This document shows positions 39,236 through 52,402 of a DNA stretch of 64,000 bases, in pieces. The DNA lies in the NCBI GenBank assembly GCA_051294375.1, contig CM119271.1:14452770-14516769 (forward strand). The letters are read 5' to 3'. The notes below the pieces were generated by a model, which saw nothing but the letters and a program-made list of their open reading frames with translations, was not told the DNA's origin and did not search any database. Positions within the stretch are counted from its first letter, which is position 1. Each line of letters starts with the position of its first letter. The translations under genes were made by a program, and so were the position numbers. This DNA comes from Paraspadella gotoi. Lineage: Eukaryota; Animalia; Chaetognatha.

Positions 39236-39508
39236 TTGTGGCGATTCCTAAATTCGCCTCCCGTATTTGAAACTCAGCTCGTCCCATTGGCTTGGACAGC
39301 TAAGTACTTGTTCACCAACCGTGAGTTCTGGGTTCAATCCCCTCACGGTCACGCTGGTTAAAGTGTGATGGTGTCGGCATAAACACACCAGTGACATGAG
39401 GTGGTCACTGCAGTACAGATACAAAGCCCTGAGCGCCAGCTGTCGGGAGATGCCTCACACCCCAGGCATCACACATGTCCCCCCGTTGCAATAGAATGAC
39501 ATTTAAAT
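39236..39508 (+). mobile_element. tRNA-like SINE-family interspersed repeat, copy 1
   Basis: A-box-like TGGCTTGGACAG and B-box GGGTTCAATCCC. Clear by-eye homology to reverse-complement copies at 44816-45098 and 62534-62772. Confidence 0.8.
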
Positions 39509-39694
39509 CTTTACGCTCGGCATAAAAAATAAAACCTCAGTTCGAAAAAACGCGACAATAATAAAATATCAATAAAACAAACTTTATCAAATAATAAAAA
39601 ATCGCGCAGCCAACCAAATAAATTATCATTAATTTATCAAATATAAATAAGTAATAAAAACGGACAAAAAATAATTTTTGATTCGCAATCTACG

Positions 39695-40205
39695 TCAATC
39701 TCGGCTCTTGAAATACAAGAGCAAGGGTTGGAAGAGATGCCTGACGGCGGGAATGGACCAGCTCATTCCCAAGAGTCCCATGCGACGATCGGCCGACAGA
39801 TTGCCGACGTCCGTGTAATGGTCGGGAAATCCGAAGCAACGCTCGATCTCTACCGACCAGAGTTTGTCGGTCTTGCCTGAAATCGGAAATCGGTGGAGAC
39901 GGATTAGGAATTTTTATGGACTTAAATTTCAATTCGTTTATAGAAATTAGATTTGAATTCATTCTTGAATCTTAATTCATTTATTCATTCCATTTAAATT
40001 AGATTTAAATTCATTCTATTAAAATAGTATTTTAATTAAGTCATTCCTCATCTTTTCCAAATTCCCACCGTTAAATATGACAGGGTCCTGCAAGAACTTT
40101 CCCTGTTGCATCGACAGCCATCGCGTCGTGATGCAGCCGATTCTCTTAACGCGAGCCTTTCGTCCGGGTTCGAGGCATTCCTACAAGAGTCATCCACGAA
40201 TTCAA

Positions 40206-40249
<44 letters not shown>

Positions 40250-42501
40250 TCACTTTTCCTTCGAACCTGCAGGTGCAATCGGTCCAATTTAGGATTGGGC
40301 CGGAGCGAGTCCCCAATTCCCGGAATATTCGACCAGTAGAGCCGTTGACGTCTCATGGGCGAGACGTACATAGCATCTATGGAGACCGGGTCGCAGCCCA
40401 GAGTGTAAGAGATCGTAACCTGGGGATCGATTTAAATATTAATATTATGAATACTACAACGAATATGTAGTTTAGCTCCCTCAACCCTCTAAACCCCTCA
40501 CCCTATCCTCAGTGTCCATGATGACGTTTTCAAAGAGCCAATAAAAGGGCGAACTCGTGTTGGCATCTTCGTGTTTTTCCCGACAGATGGCGAGGATCCT
40601 CGCGTAGTCGAAGAAGAGTTTGCCCCACTTTCCGGTGAATCCTTCGCGACGCGGGTTGGCGCGGGAGAAGTCGTTGCAGGGTGATCCGCCGACTGGTAGA
40701 GGAAAACAGGGTAAGGAATAAAAGAATGAATTAATAAATGAATAATTGAATACGAATGAATGAAATGAAATGAACCCCAAGGCTAACCTAAAAGGTCGAA
40801 GGGACCCCACTCAACGAGTTTTTCTTCCGTGATGCCGCGGACGTCGCCGACTTGAATGATCTCAGGATGATTCCGTTTGCTACACTTGATGGCGTCCGTG
40901 TCAACTTCAGAAGCCACGTATTTCGAGATGTCGAGGCCAAGACTCTGTCGGAGATGAGAAAGCGGAGAATTTCACGCATTTGTAACCGATGAACTTATCT
41001 TTCGATATGAAATAAGATTAGGTTATTTAATCTCATTTTTTATATTTCAGCATTTGCGATAATTGGCTCGTTTGTTGACAACTTTTTGGTTCCTAATTGA
41101 ATTCTCGCGGGTCTTTTTGGGTTAACATTATAAGAGTGTTATCAAATAAAGCACCCCCTTACACATTTCCAGTATCATTATCCAATATCATACGATCCAA
41201 TTTATTATTTACTCTAAAATCATCCTCGGGACCCAACATCTCGTCGATCGTAAACCGACCTTGAGGGCGACCAGCGCCGTCGAGATTCCGTCGAAGAGAG
41301 AGATGACCCTGAGGCGGCGCCGGTCGCGCGTAGGAATCGGCGCTGGCCGCTCCTGCGTCGACTCGAAGGGCGGCGGCGAGAGCGTCGACGCCAACTGCCA
41401 ACGGGCGAAGAGTTGATCGGCGCGAGTTGGGAGACGGCGGCGAGTGCGACCTGTAGAGATGACGCTAGTCATTGAGATGACGAAAGATTTACAACGACAT
41501 AAAAAATGATTCGAACCTTTTTTGATGTCTTTTACGAGATCGCGAGCTTGTTTTTGGTTGAGGCGCTTAGTGGCGGAGTCATCTCGTTCTGAAAGTCACC
41601 AAAAAAAAAAAAAAATAATAAGATATTGTTTACGTTGTTTAGGCCTATATTATAAAAATATTAACTTGGTTTCCAACATTAATAAGGATTTTGTATTTAT
41701 ATCTAATAAATACTGACCGTCATCGGATGAGCTTCGAGCTTCGTTACTGAAGGCCGAGGTTTCGTCGCTCGATTCGCCGCGACCGTCCTCGTCTTTGTAT
41801 TCGTCGTCATCGTCGTCTTTGGCGTCGTCGCTGTCGTCTTCTTCGCTGAGATCTTTATAGGAACCTCGCCGTGAGATTTTTATCTTTGTATTTCTGTGTC
41901 TCCGACGTCGCGGACTTTTTCGATTGGAAGCTTCATCATCGGCTGCATCTTTATCCTTACGATTCTTCTCGAGGAATTGTTTTTTAGGTAAACGCCAAGT
42001 TTTTTCCGTCGTCGTCAAATTCCGTGAAACGCAACGTTTGGTCGATGAAATCTCGACGAGCTCCTCTTTTGAGTCTTTTGACCTTTGAGGTTTCGATCTT
42101 CGCGAAAGCAAAGATTTTGGGACGTCTCCAGCAGCACTTCGTCGAAGGCCCTCTTTCGTCGCTGGCGAGACTTTCGAAGACGATCGATCTTCATTCATCG
42201 ACGTCAAATCATCGACGAAATCTTTCCTTTTTATTTTTTTCACGCCTCGCGCCGCTCGAGCGTCGTCCGCTCGGCGCCGGCTCCTCCACACGGAATAACT
42301 CACGCGCCCATTGATCTTGAGTCGGGCGTCGTCTTCTCCGGCGCGCCTTGCGTCGCTGAGACGCACTCGGCAGTCGGTCAGGCGGAAGCGGGCACGAAGA
42401 GCGGCGTCGCCGCTGCCGCCGCTGCGTTTCCGTTTTGGCGGCGAAGATTCGACTCGAGTCTCGCTTTTTCTCTTCACCGAACGTGAGGAAATCGCAGGCA
42501 T
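39695..42501 (-). CDS. DNMT3: DNMT3-family de novo C5 cytosine methyltransferase with a basic/acidic low-complexity N-terminus and no visible PWWP or ADD domain
   Basis: [10 protein letters not shown] (motif I), YVASEVD (II), [24 protein letters not shown] (IV), FYWLFENV (VI), [12 protein letters not shown] (VIII), [15 protein letters not shown] (IX), [18 protein letters not shown] (X). Stop TGA at 39697-39695. About 8 exons; 5' start uncertain. Confidence 0.92.
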
Positions 42502-44710
42502 ATCTCTGTCTTCACCGTCTCCCTCTCTGTCAAAAAGAGACGAGAATCCTCATCTGGAAACATTTGGGGCAAAAATGTTTAGTATTGTATCAGGTTTTTT
42601 GTTTGTTTTTTGTTAACGCGGGTAGTAAAACAACAAAATTTAAAGAAAAATTCTAAATCTTCGAAACAAAAAAATGTCAAACACAAGAAAAATAAGGATC
42701 ATGATGCGCGGATAATAAATGGGAAAAAAGTCGTATTTACTATTTATTTACGTCTACGGCTACGATGTTACGTTAAAAGTCAACGGACAATAAATATATA
42801 CGGCAAAAAATGTAAATTTCGTATCTTTTTTAAAAAAATGGCATATTTGAGATGCAGATCTTGGTGATGGTAAGCGGTGTGACCAGTTTGTGTTCATATG
42901 TCAAAAATATTTTTACTAAATATAACAAATTGAAACGGAAATTTCTACAGAGTGGTATATTCGTATGTAGGGAATTTTTTTTTTCTAACCATAAGTACGT
43001 TAAATGGCGATAACCTACTGTATCTCCAGTTTTTGATCGTTCTGCGAAATAATCAACTTCTTATCCACTTCCGAGTACTAAACAACAGTCAATTATAAAA
43101 CGCACGGACACTTAAATAACAGTTTACGACAATTATTTTGGTACAAGAGGTATGCATTTTTTAAAATTTTGAGCAATAGTAATAAGTAAAAGCAGCGGAA
43201 AGCAAACAGTTAAAATGTAACCAACCAAGTGTGATTTGGTTTTGTGAATCATCTAAAATTTTATTCAAAAAGAATAAATTTATAGTGACGCTCGTCAAAA
43301 TCCGTCTCACTTTTTGAAATAAAATATTAAATATAAATATCAAGATGAACAGATATCGTTCGAAATGCGACACTCGTGTTTTCATTCTTGACATAATTAA
43401 AAGCCCCGATTAATAATTTTGAATTGTTGAATTTTAAAAACGCATGGACGAGCATCGGATAAGATATAGTTTTACTGTCTAGACACGGCTTATAATTATA
43501 CAGAATACATTTTTAACTTGGTCGAAATTAAAGGAAGAGATCTATTGATGAAAATTTGTAACTCCATTTTGTAGGTAACAAAATGTATTTATTCAAAACT
43601 GCAACATATAATGATGTGGCTACATATTTCTTGACTTTTTGGGGCCAAAGATTTGTATGCGCTTCGCAATAAATTTAAAATCAATTCATTATTAATACGT
43701 AAATGAATTTATGTACAGAGCTGACATGCGGGTTTTTTAGGAGAAACGTGAACGGCTTTCGCAGCACAATATTTTAAGGTCACGCTTTAGATACAGTCAC
43801 TGAGGATTATCTAAAAACTATTAAAATACAAATTTTCTACCGTTAGATAGGTTTGAAACGGGTATTTAGATAAGTTCAAGCCTAAGGCATCAAAACCTTG
43901 GTCTCCAGCTCTTTTCCTTTTTGGGCTGAGCTAAATATAATTCATATTTGTTTGATGCGAATTGTAATTTGTGTTACCGGAATATGTTTACAAAAAAAAA
44001 TAATTGTTGGAGCTATATAAAAAATTTCAATTACTTGGTGGGTCAGGAGGTCAGTTGTCGAGACTAGTTTTTTTGATATTTTCATGTATGAGTTTACTCC
44101 AAATAAGGATTTTTTCAAATCCTTTATTTTTTTAAGGAAACTGTCCACGAAATGACCAAGCGCAATACATTTCAAATTTCAAGCAGAGTTGCGCGTGAAA
44201 AAGGGTTTTGACTTTGCTTGTATTTTAATTTCAATCGTGAAGGCGAAAGAAAACCTTTTTTTTAAAAAAAACCTGAATTGTATAAATTTGTGTAAAATTG
44301 GCATCTTAAAACACGACATTTTTGGCGGGAAAATGACTTGTAAAAGAAAGGAGAGAAGGGGAGGGTAAGTAAAAAAAAAGTGAATAAGACATTAAAGTCA
44401 TTTTAATTTTTTTTTCGTACCTTAACATCTTCATATCAAAATTTCAATTTTGGGTCCCAAACTCGAGTATTTTAGATAAACGATAATAAAAGTAGTAACG
44501 TTAATAAAAAATTTCGTGACAATTGAAATGGTAAGAAATCTGGAGAAGAAAAGACATGAATTCGTTGCCTCTTGAAGTGGAATCGTTGTTAAAAAACTTG
44601 AAAGGGGAGGGGAATGGGCGGAGGAGGAGGAAGAGGGAAAAAAAGATGGCGGAGGGACGAAGTCTTCCTCTCAACGCTTCGTCCTTTTCGTCTCGAAAGG
44701 CAGTGAGAGT

Positions 44711-47700
44711 TTATGAACTGATATACCTGAAGGGAAGGAGGGAAATGAGAAGTGTGGGAACCACATTGGACACTCAAACCACGACAGCAAATTGGGCACA
44801 TTCCACAAATTTTAGTTTAAAGACGCCCCTATGGCAACGGGCTTGCAGTCTGTGATGCCCAGGGTAAGAGGCATCTCGCGGCATCTGGCGTTTAGGACTT
44901 TGGAGCAGTAGTGACCACCCCATGTCACAGGCGAATTTATACAAGCACCATCACACTTTAACCACCACAATAACCACCGTGACCGATATGGTATTGAACC
45001 CGGAACTCTCGGTTTGTAAGAAAGTTCTTCGCTGTCCAACTATTGGGACGAGCTAAGTTTGAGCGTGTTATATGGGAGGCGTTGTTAGAATTCTCCACGG
45101 AACCATTTTACTCATCGTGCGACAGGAACTTCGTCACACTTCCACACACTTAAATTTAAAGACGACGCTCATATTACAATACAAAACGAAACCTGAGATC
45201 TGGCGAGTTGTTCTGACTGCCGTATCTTCGGCTCATGTAATGATGCGGACCTGGGGGCCCGAACCCGGAGGCGCCCGAGGCGGAGGCGTGGGCGGGGATG
45301 AAGGGGTCGTGCTCGCAGTCGCCGTCGAAGGAGGAGGATCCGAATCGCGAGGAGGAGGACATGTGGCGCCAGGCGCAGGAGGAAAGGAGGACGAGGACCG
45401 AGAGGCAGAGGCCCATCAGGGTGCCGGAGAGGAGGAGCAGGCCCATGCCGAAGAGGGCTGTTTAGAGAAAGATTAAGATCTTTCTTAATCGTTTATTTTT
45501 CTTGGTTGAAGACCGATTGATTAATATTTAATAGGTAATTGCGTTTGATAGATTCTATCGAGATTAAAAAACTTTAATTCGTTTTTTTTTTATTGATCCC
45601 ACGGGCAGACTTATTTAAGAAATTAGTTTACGTAGCCTACGCCAAACATGGGGTAATAATTATATAGGCTACAGCTTCCCGCGCAACTCTCGCCCGCTAA
45701 CCCCGTACCTTTATAACAAAGCGCGTGGACGCCGTCGTCGACGTTGTCCCTCCCCCTCGCGCAGTCGAGATCGGCGCCGAGATCGAGGACGCGTTGCGCC
45801 GCAGTCGTCACGTTGGCGCGGACGCCGTCGACCTGAGCGAACAGCGCGCGCCACCTCTTGTCCCGCCCGCGAGCCTCCCTCGGTCCCATGCGCTCCTCGG
45901 CCTGAGGGGGGAAAGATAATTATCAATATTAATCAATATTTTTTTTAGAATTTTGTTAAGTCTTTCAACTCACCTTGTCCACGCTCCCCTCGGCGTTGGA
46001 CAAGAGGGTGAGGGCGGATTGGATTTCCCCGAGGTATGGCGACTTGTCTTTGTCGCAGGAGACCATTTCGACCAGAGTCGACGGCGGCTCCACCATGTAC
46101 TCGCCGAACCGTTCCAAGTTATCTGGTGAGGAGAAAATGATCATTTTTTGGGGGGCATCGTTTAAACCGCGTGTAATGAAAGAGGCCCCTTTAATCTGGA
46201 GGATGGAACCCACCGGTTGTGTTGTAACAAAAATCGGCCGTGCCGACGGCGACGCCGAGGTAAAAGCCGACGACGGACCAGCAGATAACCAGGGTGATCA
46301 TTCCGACGGCGGCGAAGAAGAACAGGCAACACTTGCTCGACCTCGCCAGACCTTTATAAGGATTGAAATTTATGAAAAAAAAACGCTTTATTCCTAATTT
46401 AACCCAAAAAAAAATGTTTAATTGCATTGCTTTTGAATTTAATTTCAACATAACACGACCCAACTATCGGAAAATATTGTTTACTCACTTAAAAATTTAA
46501 TAAAATTACGACATTATTAAAATGAGATTTAAGACTTGAGCTCATTTGAAAATAATAACACAAAATCGCTTAACTTCCTTAACATCCAAATTAATCTCTC
46601 TCACCACCGATGAGCAGAAGCCCCACCAAAGCGGTCCAGGTGAAGAAGCACACCGTGCCTAACCAGCGATAGTCCTCGATAAACTTCATCAGATCCAAGT
46701 GATCGTCCAGGTCGGGCTGAAGGATCGGGAAATTGAGGATCATGGGTCATCCCACTCTCAATCTGTTCTCAAACCTGATCCCGTTTGACGTTGGGAATCT
46801 TAACCCCGAGCGCGGCGACGTCCTTCTCCGCCTTCTCCACGTTCTTCCTCGCGTAACCGATCTGTCGCTTTATCTCTTTGTAGTTCTCTTCGCCCAAGGC
46901 CGATTCGGATCCGGCCAGGAGAGTCAGCAGATCGTTCACTGGAAAATTGGGGGAGGTGGTGATTTAAACCGGCAATTCTCTAAATTTTTATATTCTCACG
47001 TGATTTGTGAATGCCGGAAGTTTTGGCGCCGTCGCTGCCGATGGCGCGCGCCACTTTCACTTCGCCCGCCATGGAATCGACGAGCTGTTTCTTCGTTCGT
47101 TGGGCCGAGCGGACGGCGTCCTAGGTAAATTATACAGTTGTACAACTTATTTTATTACTAAATAATTATAAACTTCTGTAATCCACACATCCCACTCCAA
47201 ACCTTGATGCCATTGTCAGTCTCCTCGTTACCATAGTAACCTCCCCCGATGGCTACGACGAGGAAAAAGAGGAAGAAGATGAGCCAAAAGTTGACGCAGC
47301 AGTTGGCGGTGCGGGATTCGGAGGGGCGGCCGTCTTTGTCGGCAAGGTGGGCGCGGTCGTCCTCTTGGTCCCTGAAAGGGGTAAGGAATTGTGGTTGGCG
47401 GGGACGAGTTTAACCTTACCTTGTAGCAAATTTACTCCACTGTCCGAGCGTTTTAATTAAAGAGATGAACTTACCGAATGGAGCTTTACATCGAAAGATT
47501 AACCTAGCATTTAACTATCTTCAACTTGATTAAACTCACCTCGCTCTGAGACAAGCTTGACAGCAACGATTAAACTCACCTCGCTCTGAGACAAGCTTGA
47601 CAGCAACGATTAAACTCACCTTGCACTGAGACAAGCTTGACAGCAACGATTAAACTCACCTCGCTCTGAGACAAGTTTGACAGCAACGATTAAACTCACC

Positions 47701-48440
47701 TCGCTCTGAGACAAGCTTGACAGCAACGATTAAACTCACCTCGCTCTGAGACAAGCTTGACAGCAACGATTAAACTCACCTCGCTCTGAGACAAGCTTGA
47801 CAGCAACGATTAAACTCACCTCGCTCTGAGACAAGCTTGACAGCAACGATTAAACTCACCTCGTTCTGAGACAAGCTTGACAGCAACGATTAAACTCACC
47901 TCGCTCTGAGACAAGCTTGACAGCAACGATTAAACTCACCTCGTCTGAGACAAGCTTGACAGCAACGATTAAACTCACCTCGCTCTGAGACAAGCTTGAC
48001 AGCAACGATTAAACTCACCTCGCTCTGAGACAAGCTTGACAGCAACGATTAAACTCACCTTGCTCTGAGACAAGCTTGACAGCAACGATTAAAACCTCAC
48101 CTCCGCTCTGAGACAAGCTTGACAGCAACGAACGCAGAAAAAGATGAGAAAGATGAGGAGAGTGAAGAGAAGCCAAACTACGGGAAGGGCTGAGAGGACG
48201 ACGAGCGATTCTCCGTATTGGATGGAGGGAGCGAAATCGGGATCAACCTGAAAATTAATTAGTTAAATAACATACTATATTACAATACTTAAAATAAAAA
48301 AAACTAATTAAACGTAATTTTACCGCCTGAAACTGAGCGTCGAAGTGAGGAAAGGAATGAAGAAATTCTGTGAGCCAAGTTCGTTCGTGGGCGGAGGCGG
48401 AACCGATGGCGTCCTCGCGCGACCAGAACCGGAGCAACAT
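44711..48440 (-). CDS. tty: tweety-family (TTYH) membrane protein
   Basis: WLTEFLHSFPHFDAQFQ, DFAPSIQYGESL, AIGGGYYGNEETDNG, EDYRWLG, ARSSKC, VAVGTADFC, LDC...HALCY.G. About 9 exons; last exon R|YISS* with stop at 44711. Confidence 0.9.
44816..45098 (-). mobile_element. tRNA-like SINE-family repeat, copy 2 (last tweety intron)
   Basis: Reverse complement aligns with 39236-39508 (gtcccaatagttggacagc, ccgggttcaatacc, ggttaaagtgtgatggtg, gtgacatggggtggtcact, gggcatcaca). Confidence 0.78.
47528..48129 (-). repeat. tandem array, 15 x 40 bp; unit = last 28 nt of tweety exon 2 plus donor GTGAGTTTAATC
   Basis: Unit gattaaactcacctcgctctgagacaagcttgacagcaac has a 40-bp period from 47528. One copy has a 1-bp deletion (47928) and the terminal copy has three 1-bp insertions. 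Confidence 0.97.
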
Positions 48441-51400
48441 GGCGGAGGACGTCGAGGGGGGCGTGGCAAGAGAGAGAGAGAGAGGCGGAGGGCGCCACTA
48501 GTTTTTGTCTTCTTTTTTTCTTTATTCACGATGAGAGATCAAAGAGGAAAATGTTCGCAATAAGAGAGAGAAGAGCGAAGATGATGAGATGCGCGACGGT
48601 CGCATTCCCGCGTCGAATGGCGGACGTGGCGCCAAAAAAAAAAGGTGTTGGCGGGGAATGTTTTGGTTGTGACGTACAGGAGTCCCCCTCGCGTCACGGG
48701 CGTTGAGTAAGAGATAAAGTTGGGCAAAAATTGGGGACGGAAAATTCGACTGAAAAAGAGAAACGATATAATTAAAAAAAAGGTATCGACATCAGGAATG
48801 ACTTGCGATATCATCGACGATGGATAACATTAACAAGAGCAAAGGAAAATACGAAATGACCAATCATTACGTATACGCTATACACAGTTGCACAGTGAAC
48901 ACGCATTTGCGAGTTTGTCGATGAAAATTACGAAGAAATATGATATCACAAAACCGTAGTAGCAAAAAAAAAATCGAGTTCGGTATGAATAAAAGTTGAG
49001 CAACTCGTTTTTTTTTCTCTACAACGATTAATTATTTTTTTCTTTCGTCAAACTGGAAACAATGACTCGTTATTCTCCGCAAGCAGCGACAATCATTTTT
49101 TTTTTCCGCAAGTTTTTTTTATGTCGCAGCTGCGGTAAACGATAGATCGTCAGTCGGACAATTTATCAAGGGGGAAAAGAAAAACTAAAAATAGATATTT
49201 GCTTGAAAGTCGTGCCTGCGATTTTCTTAAGTGCTTCCTTCCCTGCCTGTAATTATACTTTATATATAGGTTTTAATCATAATGAAAGTTTTACTTTTAC
49301 TTCAAAGTAAAATGAAAGTGAAAATCTAATAAAATTCAAAGTCGTGCGTAATTTCGACGGGACCGACGAAAAATTTCGTGAAAGGCTTAGATTTGAAGAA
49401 AAACGGTGATAAATCACCGAAGCGTGAAAACGTTTGGGGAATTCACGGGAGGAATGGAAATATCCAGTTAAAGAGAGGGAGGGGGGAGGGGGGTCGAGGA
49501 AGAAACGAGGGATTGGGAGAGAGATAGAGAGTGAGAGGGTGAGAGAATAACCGCGGTCCATAAAAGCGACTTTGGCGGAGGGCGAAGCCAAAAACCATTT
49601 TCCCTAAACGACGAAATCGTTATAATAATTCACTGATTTGAATATTTGAATAATTCTGTCACTTTCAAAACACCCTCGTAAGCTCAGCCGGAAAAAAGCT
49701 TTTTTTAACCTTAGATTTAAAAATTGCATGGGTCCATTCTCGGTTACACCCGTATTATATTTTTAGCATTTTTTTTTTCTATTTTGATTGATGCTCATCA
49801 TTAAGTGGTTGGCATAATCCGTAAACACAATTAATATGAAATACATTCAATCAATAAATAAGATATCTTGTCCCTGACTTTGGACAAGCTCAGAGAGCAT
49901 ATTCTTGTCACTTTTGCGACCGCAGACGGAAGGGGCACCTGAGAACGTGAGTGCGTGACACAGTTTCGAACAGTTCAAAGGGTTCAGTTCAAGTTCAGAA
50001 TTCGTCAACCTCCTCATTTTTGAACCTTTTATTCAATATCTGAAAGAGATTCAAAAAACATTTTTTTGTTTTAATAATTTTTTTTGTCAGTTTCGTTTGT
50101 TAAAAAAACATAAACCCCCAAAAAATCCTGAAAATACATCAGCAAAAGAAATGAATTTCGAAAAAAAAAAAGAAAAAGAAAAAGACGCATCTGCAGATTC
50201 GTCGCGTTTGCATTTGCGCAGCCCGGTTGTTTTGTTTTTTTCGTCAATCTACTCTTGTAACAAAAAAGAAAAAATACGCAAAGAAAAAAACGGGGCGAGG
50301 AGAGCGAGACGGAGAAAAGGGAGAGAGAAGGAACCGCAAACAAAAAAAAAAAAACACTGACAGAGAGCGAGAGAGCGGGGGGAAGAAGAGGGATAAAGAG
50401 GAGGAACGAAAAGGTAGACGTCTGACCGTAAATCATTAATACGTATCAAAATTAAAACACTAACAAAACATTAACAAACAGCATAGATCGTTAAATTATG
50501 GGATTCTTTTTTATATTCACGCGCGGAAAGGAAAACAAAAATTAATACGTCAATTTTTTTTATATAATATTTAAATCAAACTTGGAAAGACTTTTGTTGT
50601 TATTATTTGAGACGGGGATCGTTTAAAAACTTTCCGACGAGAGATTACGACATAATAGGATTACATTAAAAAATTTTTAAAGTATTTTGCATTAAAAAAA
50701 AAGTCAATTTTTTGACTGAAACCATATGGTTCAAAAAAATGGCTGCCAAAAAAAAACCAAATATCATAAAAGAAAACTTTTTTTTAAAATAAAACTTTTT
50801 GTTAATAATTAATAATTAATAATGTCGCAATCGGAAAAAAGTAGATTTCGAGGGAAAAACAATGAAAACTGATTCTTACGAACGAATTTTAAATATTTTA
50901 AAAATTGTCAACGTTAAAGACTTGCTATACAGAGTTGAGTTGGTAGGCCACTAAGAATAGAAGAAACAAGCGACACCCGAAATCTTCTAAAAAAAGCGTA
51001 AAATAAATGCACTGTATCAATACACCGCACCCTGACAGCTAAAAAAAAAAAACCATAGCGAATTACAAAAAAAAAAAAAAAAGGCGACAGTGGATAATAA
51101 TTAATACAATTATTATTATAATTATTATTAAATGACTTTCGTTTTTAATTCGTCGACCAAAAAATGAGCGAGTGGATCTTGTTGTTATTTTGAAAGAAAC
51201 ACTTTTACTATAGAAAGTGAGGGAGGGGCCGAACCGGGGACCCGGGGTCGAGAAAGAAGGAATGAAACAACGATGAGTAACAAATGTGTTTGAGGTGGAA
51301 ACGAATTGAGGAAAAGGGGGGAGTCGATAAAAGAAGGGGGGGGGGCGATAGAATGAATGAGTTGACGACGAGAATGAAAGAGAATGAGTCAAAAAACAAA

Positions 51401-52402
51401 GATGAATTATGTTATCAATCTTGATTTCGATAATTATAATATAAAAAAAAACTGACGTTTTTAAATACTAGAAGCACAACTACTAATTTTGATCTTAATT
51501 GATTAGATTTCATCGACTTGTTTTTTTGTTTGTTTGTTTGTTTGTTTTTTTAAATAATATTTTTTACAAAATAAAAAAAAAAACCACACTCGCAAAAATG
51601 TAATCCGGTACAATAAAAAAAAATGATAGAACGAGGAATCCAATTTTTTTTTTTTTTTTTTTTTGAAATGTCGTCAAAGTCTGCAACATTTGAGATACAA
51701 AGTTTTTAAATTAAAAAAAAAAGTTTCATTCAATTCTAACTGAGATATAAAGGAAAATCCGAGACCGTCTAGAGACCATCAACTATCTACTCAATCTATA
51801 TCAACACCACAATTAGTTCGGGTCTTGAATTCTTTTTTTTTTTTCGTCTTTCGCGACGGGCCGGATAAAAAATAAAAGGGCCGTCGCCAAAAGAAAAAAA
51901 AAAAGGACAATGATAACAAAGATTTTTTTTTTTTTGAAAACGAAGTACAATACTTGTGGCAAGGGAGAACTGGAAGAAAGGAGAAAGGATATAACTCGAC
52001 GCTTATAAAGAAAACAACAACAACAACAACAACAACAAACGCAATGAAATATACGAAACGAAAAGAAAAAAAAAGAGATTGTCTGCGGGGAGCCGTCTTT
52101 ATTATTATTATTATTGTTGTCCGTTTTTCTCTCTTGCTTGTTTATTTTGTTAATGTTTTTTTTTCGTTGTAATATAATCCGAGGTTCGCGCAGCTTTATA
52201 GTATCCGTTTTTTTTATTGTAATCGTTAATGAAGGCGGAAAAGCGAGGAAAATCGGCGCCGGTAGAGAAATAACAATTTTTTTTTCCGCTTTTATAAGAA
52301 ATAAAAAAAAGAGAAATTATCCTAGCTAGAATTTTCTTTCTTTAAAATTTTTTTTGTAATGAAATTCGACGAACGGCGGTTTTTTTGTTGTTGTTGTTGT
52401 TA

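Noticed and set aside
39280-39345. tRNA gene
   Set aside because: It has A/B-box-like motifs but no complete cloverleaf, and it is part of a dispersed repeat.
47528-48129. CRISPR-like array of 40-bp repeats
   Set aside because: Repeats are head-to-tail with no unique spacers, there are no cas genes, the context is eukaryotic, and the unit derives from the host exon/intron boundary.
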